A stretch of 64,000 nt of DNA from Octopus sinensis (Eukaryota). The stretch lies in assembly GCF_006345805.1 (NCBI RefSeq), contig NC_042997.1, positions 109,306,001 through 109,370,000 on the forward strand, given 5' to 3'. The position numbers and the translations under genes are program-made. Under the pieces are notes generated by a model, which did no database searches, was not told where the DNA came from, and worked only from the letters and a program-made list of their open reading frames with translations. Every line of letters begins with the position of its first letter. Within the stretch, counting starts at the first letter, position 1. This document shows, one piece after another, positions 1 to 10,211 of this stretch.

Positions 1-593
1 CTCCGTAATTTGTGTTTACTCAAGCATGTCGGCTGGTTGCAGCCCGTTTATTCAAAATTGTCTTCGACAAATATTTTGCTTGCATTGTCTGGATCGTGGT
101 GGTAACATTTTGTCTTTTTTCGGAGGGGTGTGGGGGGGGTGTAGTTGTTGTTTTGCATTTTTGCATTTTTTTTTTGTTGTAAAGACAAGATTCTATTCAT
201 TTTACCAATTTAAAAAAATAAATGTCAGATTCGGAAAAGATAATAAAAATTGACCAAGAGCAGCGTTCTGTTGTATCTATGAACAGAAAGTCAGCTGAAA
301 GTGAAATAAATTCCTCGCCGAAGAAAAATATAATTTCTTCTTGTTGCTATGACATCAGTAACAAGTGCCGAAGTAGCAGCAGCAACGACTACAGCAGCAG
401 CAGCAGCCGTCCAAGAATTTGGACCTGGAGATCTCCATTTCCAGCGAATTTGAGGGCCACCTCCCAGTGGTATCGGGCGTCAATAAAGAGCCCTCGACTA
501 CAAGACGACCAAAATTTTTTTTCCAAGGTCTGGGGGTCTCCCGCCCCTAAGCCCTAGACCATCACTTAATCACCCTTACCCGTCTTGTTGCTT

Positions 594-624
<31 letters not shown>

Positions 625-747
625 GCAGCAGCAGCAACAATGTGAACACTGGCAGCACCGCTACCATCGCTTCCGCCGTCGCGCCACCACCACAACCACC
701 ACAAACAACAGAAACAACAACAATAACAGCAGCAACAACAACAACAC

Positions 748-1490
748 AGTTTAAGATTTTGGCCACGGTATTAGCGAAAAGGTTGGCGCTTGTCGCTGGT
801 GGTCTAGTTGGGGAAGCACAAGCGTGCGCAATCCCTAACAAGTATGTCCACATCAACCTCCGCCTCATGCGATGCATCCTAGAGAGGGCTGTGACTAAAG
901 CTGGCTTCGATGGGGCCCTGATCAATTTGGATCAATCAAAGGTACTCAATAGAGTCGACCATCGCTCCCTGAAAGCCGTCCTTAAAGCGAACGGTTTCGG
1001 ACCCGTTTTCAGGGCCTGAATCGCTGCAATACACAGCGGCACCTGCTCGGTGATAAATGACCTTCTATCGGATCCGTTCAGCATCGCATGCTAGGTCCGT
1101 CTGGGCCGCCTGGTGTCATCTCATCTGTACGTGCTGGCTCTCGAGCCACTGCTGTGGGAGTTGGATCAATTGAGGGGCATCACTTTCGAACTGGGACGCA
1201 GAAGAGTAGTGTCTGCATACAGGGAAGACGTTAGCGTCATGGTATCGCACGTCTCCGAAATGGAGACGGTCGGCTCTATTTTCGAAGAATATGAGTTAGT
1301 TGCAGGGACGTTCCAATGATAAGGCGGTCAGTTTGTTGCCAGCTCCCTCTGAGTGGCGGCTTAGTCATGCCGCGTCTGTTGATACGCAGGCATACGCTCA
1401 GGTGTGCCACCTGCAACGATTTCTAGAAAGTGAATGTCCGTGGGCTCCTTTGGTGAGGCACGCATTTCCATATTGACCATCAGTTCTCAC
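748..1490 (+). mobile_element. Degenerate Tx1/L1-like non-LTR retrotransposon fragment (reverse transcriptase region)
   Basis: ORF 585-1019 contains FKILATVLAKRLALV...GALINLDQSKVLNRVDH and ORF 1113-1319 has LYVLALEPLL...SAYREDV. Both align with the younger copies at 39.4-54.8 kb (LKILAMVLAKRLALV, LINLDQSKAFDRVDH, SAYADDV). Stops and frameshifts present. Confidence 0.85.
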
Positions 1491-1501
1491 CACGTAGTTG
1501 T

Positions 1502-1621
1502 TTTATCGACCCTTTAAAGATGTACGGTAAAGTCGACCTCAGCGGAATTTGAGCTCAGAGTGTAAATACGGACGAAATAATGCTAAGAATTTTGCTCGGC
1601 GTGCTAACGATTCCGCCAACT
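1502..1621 (-). mobile_element. tRNA-derived SINE, family 1, diverged partial copy
   Basis: Similar to the TSD-flanked copies at 5980-6212, 11896-12126 and 29481-29702 (gtcgacctc.gcggaatttga.ctcaga core). Confidence 0.75.
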
Positions 1622-1724
1622 GGAAGGAAGATAACATTGGTTTCAAATTTTGGCACAATGCCAGCAAATTCGGGTAGGGATGGGGTGGGGTTAAATCGAT
1701 GACATCGAGTCAAAGGCTCAAATA

Positions 1725-1860
1725 GTACATATTTTACCGACCCCGAATGAATGGAAGTCAAATTCGACCTCGGCAGAATTTGAACTCAGAACGTAAAGAC
1801 GGATGAATTGCCAGTAAGCATTCTGCCCAGTGTGCTAACGAGTCTGCCAGCTCGCCGCCT
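1725..1860 (-). mobile_element. tRNA-derived SINE, family 1, diverged copy
   Basis: gacctcggcagaatttgaactcagaacgtaaagacgg...gccagctcgccgcct matches the family 1 head in reverse orientation. Confidence 0.8.
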
Positions 1861-2651
1861 TCTTGGAAGGAACATAATATTAACATGATGTATTGTATGT
1901 CTTGGAGCTATTACATTACATTATGAGGACTACGGGACGGCGAAGCTCTTAAGTTGCCAAGGCGCAACCGTAGAAGCCGAACGTAATCAGCAACTACCAC
2001 CAGAATGTCATCGCGGTACTAACTCCATCCACGGCAACATACGATGGCGTCCAGAATATATACGTAGCAATAGACAGAATATTGGTTCAATATTCTTATC
2101 AAAACTTATTCCAATTGAAAGCATAAAAGATCCGATAAAATTACTTAGAACAGAAGATACAAATTATGTGCAACCGTTCAGACAAGTTGCTCTGTAAATT
2201 AAACATCTTTTCTAAAAACATCAAGAATATTTATGGGCAACCGCTTCAGAACACGCAACTTCTCAACCACGCTCATAGATTTTCATTTATTCCAATGATT
2301 TTGCTGCACTCAATTATTCTCGAAAATATCTGAGAGACAATCTATAAAATGTTAGGAATTTCAACTAAATAAACCAACTAGCCAACACGAACTACACAGG
2401 TAGACTCTTTAATGCGAAAAAAGCAAAACATTCTTAAATTTCAATATGTAACAATTATCCTTGGTATTATTCAGCGATGGAAGATCTGTCATTTGATAGA
2501 CACCAGGTCCGTCCTTCTAAAATGAACTGAATGTGTGCGTGCTTGTGTACATACACAATCAAACTCATCAATAGCGACTGCAAATTGTATAGATTAAGGA
2601 ACTGTATCGAACATTTTAACAAGGGAACGTCGACAATCATTATGTTACGGA

Positions 2652-2830
2652 AGGCGGTAAGCTGGCAGAGCCGTTAACAGGCCGGACAACATGCTTAGCG
2701 ACATTTCGTACGTCGTTACGTTCTGAGTTCAAATTCCGCCGAGGTCGACTTTGCCTTACATCCTTTCGGGATCGATAAATTGAGTACCAGCGAAACACTG
2801 GGGTCTATGAACTCGACTAACCCCTCTCCC
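2652..2830 (+). mobile_element. tRNA-derived SINE, family 1
   Basis: aggcggtaagctggcag (A-box-like), gttctgagttcaaattccgcc (B-box-like), then gtcgactttgcctt.catcctttcggg.tcgataa body. Confidence 0.85.
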
Positions 2831-2964
2831 CAAATTTCAGGTCTTGTGCCTTTAGTAGAAGCTATTATGTCTGATATGGAGCCGTTTACTAAGATGAAGC
2901 GTATTCCCTCCCTCCCTTTCTCTGTATATCTGTCTGCCTGCATGTCTGCTTTTCTGTTTCTGTA

Positions 2965-2983
2965 TATATATATACTGAACTTT

Positions 2984-3019
<36 letters not shown>

Positions 3020-3135
3020 ATATAATATATATATATATATACATACATACATACATATATATAATATATATATATAATATATATATATACATACATACAT
3101 ATATATATATAATATATATATACATATATATATAT

Positions 3136-3171
<36 letters not shown>

Positions 3172-3245
3172 ATATATATATATATATAGATATATATATA
3201 TATATATAATATATATATATATATATAGATATATATATATATAAA
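2965..3245. repeat. (TA)n / (TACA)n compound microsatellite, representative of many similar tracts
   Basis: Direct reading. Source of spurious IYIY/YIYI ORFs. Confidence 0.97.
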
Positions 3246-3335
3246 ATATTATTTGAGACAAAACCACTATTTTGCAAAACAAACAAGGAAAGACTTAATC
3301 AATACATAAAATTTAATAAATAGTCAAAAAAACCG

Positions 3336-3378
3336 CCACTACAATCGTTTCTTGTCTTGATCGACAATCTTCAGGTGG
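3336..3378 (-). ncRNA. Minimal type I hammerhead-ribozyme-like motif (Penelope-type)
   Basis: Minus strand reads CCAC-CUGAAGA-UUGUC(gaucaa)GACAA-GAAAC(gauu)GU-A-GUGG: 4-bp stem I, CUGANGA, 5-bp stem II, GAAA, 2-bp stem III, GUA cleavage triplet. Activity not shown. Confidence 0.6.
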
Positions 3379-3411
3379 ACTTCCAATAATTCAGTTACAA
3401 ATTATACATAC

Positions 3412-3444
<33 letters not shown>

Positions 3445-3711
3445 CATATATGTATATATATATTTATAAATATATATACACTGTGGTGTCTGGGGAGAGT
3501 CATTCTCTTTTAGTGCCATAAAATTTAACACACCACTCATTTACTTACGTATTTTTCGTTGCATCTTGGAACCTTTTCATTAGTTGTTGACTCTATCCAT
3601 TATTCAAGTGACTTGAATAACAGACAGGGTCAACTACTTGATACCAGGTGTAAACCATTCGTTTTATTATATATATGTGCTTTATTTAAAAGCAGCAGAA
3701 ATATAACAAAA

Positions 3712-3795
3712 GCTGTTACTCAGAGTTTCACGTTCACGTTCGTCGGAGAGTTTTGTTAACAGAACTGTCCGACGAACGGGAACGTGAGACCTCTG
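3712..3795. repeat. Imperfect palindrome whose arms carry a hammerhead-like motif with a CCGACGA core
   Basis: gagtttcacgttcacgttcgtcggagagttttgt (ta) acagaactgtccgacgaacgggaacgtgagacctc. Same family as 34313-34385. Confidence 0.7.
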
Positions 3796-3869
3796 GTATT
3801 TGAGTACTCTATTTTCCACCTTGTTTCACATTTATGTGCTTACTCCTGTATATATATCATATATATATA

Positions 3870-3931
<62 letters not shown>

Positions 3932-5018
3932 TATACATATATATGAAGATATGATGGCTGTCAACTCGTGGACGATGAAGGCCCATCGCGGACCTTGCCA
4001 GTGCAAAATGCCAGCAATGCCCGTTCACGGAGTTATTGGACCTGCGGTTAGCTTCATTTGGGTTCGCGGCCGCAGGTTTTATGATCGCCGCGTCGCCCTT
4101 TGCACAACCTAAAACTTTAGGTCCAATAAGGATTGCAGAACTCCTCAAAGACCCTCTTTACCCTATTGATACTATCCAGAAACAATCCAGGGTAAAATGT
4201 CTAGCGTTAAATGGGGATGGTGTGAGGAAGCCATAATCTCAAGTAAAGGGAAACACAACCCTAAAATGCTCAATAGAATTCCCTACATACCTTTGCGTAT
4301 ATATAGAAATATTTGTGTGTGTGTGGGGGGGGGGGGTGATTGTGTGTATGTGTATGCGTGTCTTTGTGTCTGTGTTTGTCTCCCATCTTGACAACCCGTC
4401 TTGATTTGTTTACGTCGGCAAAATGACGGATACCATAAATATCTGACTTTAAGCAACAAACAATGCTGCGGTCAATTCTTCCACTAAAATTATCCGAGGC
4501 GGTGCTGCAGCATGGCCGCAGTATGATAAGCGAAACGAGTAAAGGATAAAAGAGTGTGACATCATATTTAACTCCTGCGTTTTGAGAATATTCATCTCGT
4601 GATTTGATTTAACGACTTGGCGTTTTGCATTGCTTGGCTTCAGTTCACGTTAACTAAATATAAACGAATGGAGGAGAGTTATGATAAATATATGACTATA
4701 AGCATTTCATGAGACACATTCACCTTATAATAAGAGAAGATTTCAACATCAAGACAAGCTTTCTAAATTATTCGGTGCCTGGATATAGCTAAGTGACCAA
4801 CTCTGGAATACAGGATTACGTGAGTGCATTTAAAAGATTTTGCGAAACATTTCAAAACTTAAAACACTCTAATAACAATAACCATTTTAATATCATTATT
4901 TCTAAAGAACAGCAAAATAATATGGAATTTTATTAAAGCTATTACTGGACATAGTCTGCTTCGAAAGAACATTGCAGTATATTCTGCAAGTAAAAGAATC
5001 GGCAATTTTGGAGAGATT

Positions 5019-5942
5019 ATGCGTTTAATGTGGATAGGTCTGCTGTTTATAATGGGTTTGTGCGAAGGATTTCATAACTGCCCTGAAAGGTATAGATTTA
5101 ACCCTCATCATGTCGCTTGTTTAACAAAGTCGCCAAATTTTGTAAAGGTAGTGGACGTAACTCCAGCTGAACAGATGTTAATTGTGAGCATACATAACCT
5201 CTACCGGGAACAAGTTATTCCTAAACCATGCAGCATGTTTCAATTATACTGGGATGTAGAACTTGCTTTCCTTGCAGAGCAATGGGCAAACAACTGTGAA
5301 TTTAAGAAGGTTAAGAAAGAATTAAATATAGCACCTGGCAGATACAGTGTTGAACAGAACATTGGCATGGGATACACCAATTGGGATGGATTGTTGAGAG
5401 TCTGGCATGAAGAAAGGTTATCATTTAATAATTCTGATCCACGAGAAGGTGTTGCAGATTCATATAAAGAGATGATACGGAGCACAACTCATCACATTGG
5501 CTGTGCGGTGTCAATCTGTTCCAATCTCGGTGATTTTCGTGTTTGCAACTACGCTCCTGTTGAAGATAAGAAAGGACCGATTTATAAAGAATGCAACCAC
5601 GAATTAGAGGTTTTCAGGTGTTATGACCAAATTTGTTACAATAGTGGTTACTTGGACCCCGATACGTGTGAGTGTACATGTCTTGACGAATTACATGTAA
5701 TGACCCCGAACTGTACCTTGAACTGTACACTTCCTGATCCACCTGACAAGTGCAAACATGCAGATATTTCTATATGTGCACATTTCAGCACAAAATTTAG
5801 ATGTCCCTGGAAGTGCAATGAATGTAACGTTATTCCCGACTCAATGAGAAGAAATCATGGCTTCTCTTTCATCAGACAACTATTAATATTAAGATGCATA
5901 ATGTTGCTCGTGTTTGTTAGGATTTCACTTTGTAGTATTTAA
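5019..5942 (+). CDS. CAP1: CAP/CRISP-family protein, 307 aa, single-exon (signal peptide, CAP domain, EGF-like, ShKT-like, hydrophobic C-tail)
   Basis: MRLMWIGLLFIMGLCEG signal peptide; HNLYR, LYWDVELAFLAEQWANNC, QNIG, IGCAVSIC, VCNYAP CAP motifs; CYNSGYLDPDTCECTC EGF-like; C-8-C-7-C-8-C-3-C-2-C ShK-like; hydrophobic end. Confidence 0.93.
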   Translation: MRLMWIGLLFIMGLCEGFHNCPERYRFNPHHVACLTKSPNFVKVVDVTPAEQMLIVSIHNLYREQVIPKPCSMFQLYWDVELAFLAEQWANNCEFKKVKKELNIAPGRYSVEQNIGMGYTNWDGLLRVWHEERLSFNNSDPREGVADSYKEMIRSTTHHIGCAVSICSNLGDFRVCNYAPVEDKKGPIYKECNHELEVFRCYDQICYNSGYLDPDTCECTCLDELHVMTPNCTLNCTLPDPPDKCKHADISICAHFSTKFRCPWKCNECNVIPDSMRRNHGFSFIRQLLILRCIMLLVFVRISLCSI

Positions 5943-5979
5943 ATATTGGTCAGGAATACGCATCGTCCCATTTCGTATA

Positions 5980-6212
5980 TCTATTTCTTTACTACGCAGA
6001 AGGGGCTAAACACAGAGAGGACAAACAAGGACAGACAAACGGATTAAGTCGATTATATCGACCCCAGTGCGTAACTGGTACATAATTTATCGACCCCCGA
6101 AAGGATGAAAGGCAAAGTCGACCTCGGCGGAATTTGAACTCAGAACGTAAAGACAAACGAAATACCGCTAAGCATTTCGCCCGGCGTGCAAACGCTTCTG
6201 CCAGCTCGCCGT
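5980..6212 (-). mobile_element. Full-length tRNA-derived SINE, family 1, with 11-bp TSD
   Basis: CATTTCGTATA at 5969-5979 and 6213-6223 flanks the element. Confidence 0.93.
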
Positions 6213-6581
6213 CATTTCGTATACCACCAATGACACTCATGTTCTGCTCGGCCGTAATCGATAGAAAATGCCAAGAAAAAGCAAGTATATGTTCGGATTC
6301 TATTATGCAGTGACAAGAAACCGACGCAATCAAATGACTGAATATAAATAGACCACGTGAAACAAGCGCATAAATAAAAAAAAAAAGTTTTATGAAAAGG
6401 GAGGTAATCACCTATTCCTTGAAGAACATTAACAGCAATTCTCTTCACCATTACGCTATCGCATTAAGGATGTACAAGAAACAGTAATAATGTTGACAGT
6501 TATATTTTACATGTTTCATTTCAGTGAGCATAAACAGTCATATGTCAACCCTCTCTTTTCTCTCTCTCGCGCGCGCTCTCA

Positions 6582-6636
<55 letters not shown>

Positions 6637-6733
6637 ATTAAATAAGGGTAGAAATTGATACTAATCAATTAAAACCAGTGGTCTAGCATATTTTTTTTTT
6701 AAATCCGAAGATTAGAAATTTTTTTATATACAA

Positions 6734-6847
6734 AATTCAGAGGACTGACCACTACACAAATGGACAGCCTATATGCTATATGGCGATTTTGACGTCTATA
6801 TCTAGCATATAGGCTGTCCGTTTTTGTAGTGGTCATTCCTCTGAATT
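6734..6847. repeat. 114-bp near-perfect inverted repeat (45-bp arms, 24-nt spacer) flanked by TA runs
   Basis: Arm 6734-6778 versus reverse complement of 6803-6847: 3 mismatches. Paralogous copy at 18256-18370. Confidence 0.9.
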
Positions 6848-7217
6848 ATATATATATTTATATATTTCCAATCCTGTCAAACAGACACAAGCAGCAAATA
6901 CCAAAAATAAAAGCAAATACTATGGCTATTGATAATTTCGATTTAAAATAACATTAAAACATAAATATTAAATGTTCAAAGAAAGGGAATCATAAAACTT
7001 CGGGGGTATGTTCCTTGTTTTTTGGGGAATATGAAAGGTGGACTTTAATTTTCTGAAATAAAGCAGGCTGTATTAAAATTTGTCGGTTGAAGTTTGGCTA
7101 CATTTCTATTTCTCTCGGTGTTTCTTCAAATTATGACAAATTAAACCTTTTTATATCCTTCTTACCATTAATTAAATAGAACAGTATATCTTTCATTTCA
7201 TTTCTTCAAAACACACA

Positions 7218-7265
<48 letters not shown>

Positions 7266-7484
7266 GCACACGCACACACACACATGCACATACACCTATA
7301 TGTGTGTGTGTATATGCATATATGTATGTGTGCATGCATGTATGCAGGTGTGCATGCTTGGCCATGTTGATGCTACGGGCCAGTTGTTACGACTCATTAT
7401 ACTTGCTCTGCAGAGTGAGGTTTGAGGAGAGCACAAAGTGTTATATTAATTAATGAACAACTTAAGTGAATATTACACACACAC

Positions 7485-8747
7485 ACATACATACATACAA
7501 CATACATACATACATACATACATACATACATACATACATACATACGTGCATACACACAGATACATACATACATACATACATACATACACGCACACATACA
7601 TACACACATACTTACATACATTCATTCATATATACATATATACACACACACACATACATACATGCATATATACATACACACATACATACACGCATACATA
7701 CATATATACACACATACATACATACACACACACGTACATACATACATACATGCATACACACACATACATACATACATATACACACACATATATACACACA
7801 TGCACACACATATATACATACATGCACATACATACATACATACGCACACATACATACATACATACACATACATACATACACACACACACACATACATACA
7901 TACATGCATACATACATACATTCATTCATATATACATACAAACATACACACAGACACATACACATATACATACATACATACACACATACATACATACATA
8001 CATACACATACATACATACATACATACACACATACATACATACACATATGCATACATGCATACACACATACATACACACGCACATACACACACACATACA
8101 TACATACACACACCACATACATACATACATACATACATACATACATACATACATACATACATACATACATACGTGCATACACACAGATACATACATACAT
8201 ACATACATACATACACGCACACATACATACACACATACTTACATACATTCATTCATATATACATATATACACACACACACATACATACATGCATATATAC
8301 ATACACACATACATACACGCATACATACATACATACACACATACATACATACACACACACGTACATACATACATACATGCATACACACACATACATACAT
8401 ACATATACACACACATATATACACACATGCACACACATATATACATACATGCACATACATACATACATACGCACACATACATACATACATACACATACAT
8501 ACATACACACACACACACATACATACATACATGCATACATACATACATTCATTCATATATACATACAAACATACACACAGACACATACACATATACATAC
8601 ATACATACACACATACATACATACATACATACACATACATACATACATACATACACACATACATACATACACATATGCATACATGCATACACACATACAT
8701 ACACACGCACATACACACACACATACATACATACACACACACATACA

Positions 8748-8781
<34 letters not shown>

Positions 8782-8825
8782 CATACATACATACATACAT
8801 ACATACATACACACATACATACATA
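7485..8825. repeat. (CATA)n/(CA)n compound microsatellite with a 627-bp internal tandem duplication
   Basis: The landmark gtgcatacacacagatac occurs at 7546 and 8173. ORF boundaries in the track also recur at +627. Confidence 0.95.
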
Positions 8826-9269
8826 CTTAGGTACGTACGTACATACCTACGATAATTCAAAGACTATAGATCCGAACCATCAATGGAACCGATGCATGAG
8901 AAGACATACATAAAACAAAACAAACAAATCTGTTCACACACTGATTCCAAATACTGCACATGTACACACATACATGCAAAAACGAAATTTTAATGAACGA
9001 ACCTTGAATCTAGGTTAGAAACCGGCTCTTTCTCTTTTGTATGTATGTATGTATATATATATATGTGCATATTTGTATATTTTATTGTATGTATTCTCAT
9101 GCATAGAGTTGCATATCTAGGCATGTTCATATATATTTAAATGATAAACTTCTTGAGAGTTTGACAGCTTTTTGCAGTTCCAGTGATGGATTGGATCTAT
9201 AGTCTTCGAATTAGCTTTCTCCTTTCTAGTTTTGAGAAGCCTCATTTCTCAAAATTGGTATTTAGGCAG

Positions 9270-9301
<32 letters not shown>

Positions 9302-10177
9302 TGTATGTATGTATGTATGTATGTATGTATGTATGTGTGTGTATGTGTATATATGTAAGTGTGCGTGTATGTATGTATATATGTATGTGTGTGTATGTAT
9401 GTATATATGTATGTGTGTGTGTGTATGTATGTATGTATGTATGTATGTGTGTGTATGTGTATGCATGTATGTATGTATGTATGTATGTATATGTATGTAT
9501 GTATATATGCATGTGTGTGTATGTATGTATGTATGTATGTATGTATGTATGTATGTATGTATGTGTCAGGTCAATTTCGAGTGCTACTGGTAACATGTAA
9601 CCCAGTACAACCTGTTGCATGGTCAGGTCGTCGACGACTAAACCGGCAACCCCACCAAGCTTGCTTGGTGAGGAGGGTGTTTATTGGACACCCTGCGGGA
9701 TGAAAAGGATAACCCGTCAAAGGGCGGAGAAACTCTTGAGAGTCAACGGCCATCCAATAAATGTCTTAAGGATGTATCATGCGCGGGGACATAGAAATAA
9801 TAGGACTGAATACCCGATCGCGCGGTTAAACCATTGGGAGTGAAGGACTCCTAGCCTTTGTTAGAGCATCCTTCTAGGAGAAGGTAACTCAGGTAACTGG
9901 GATAACTCCGACATAAAACCTGCGGCTCAGTGGTTACCGATGATGTTGACTTGTTCTTCTTTTCGGATTATGGCTTCTGTTGCTTAGTGAGTGGGATTGA
10001 CTCAGTGCACAGCCTTTCCTCACTTTAAAAAGAAATCTTCTTGCACAAGCATTGCACGATAACAACATTGATTAAGCTTCGTGCAATGGCCATACTCGAT
10101 AACGAGGGGGCAGCCACTATGTATGTATGTATGTATGCATGTATGTATGTACGTATATATGTATGTATGTATGTATG

Positions 10178-10211
<34 letters not shown>

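Larger units (their letters stand above)
4563..7087 (+). repeat. Segmental duplication unit A of the CAP1/CAP2 loci (partner about 16407-18706)
   Basis: About 450 bp of 5' flank and about 850 bp of 3' flank are near-identical by eye to the CAP2 locus (ATG-to-ATG offset 11842). Confidence 0.9.

Noticed and set aside
585-1019. Poly-Asn/Thr N-terminus fused to an RT-like peptide as a novel gene
   Set aside because: A (CAA)n microsatellite running in frame into a decayed LINE fragment; downstream frames are broken.
6373-6387. A-run after CAP1 as a retrocopy poly(A) scar
   Set aside because: The run overlaps the AATAAA itself, is shorter in CAP2, and no TSD pair was found around any CAP or CnB locus.
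7453-8913. 486-aa His/Thr/Tyr/Ile-rich ORF and overlapping 400-450 aa ORFs
   Set aside because: Open in several frames on both strands only because (CATA)n/(CA)n lacks stop codons. Same for all IYIY, YLSI, MYVC, ERER and LSLS ORFs in the track.
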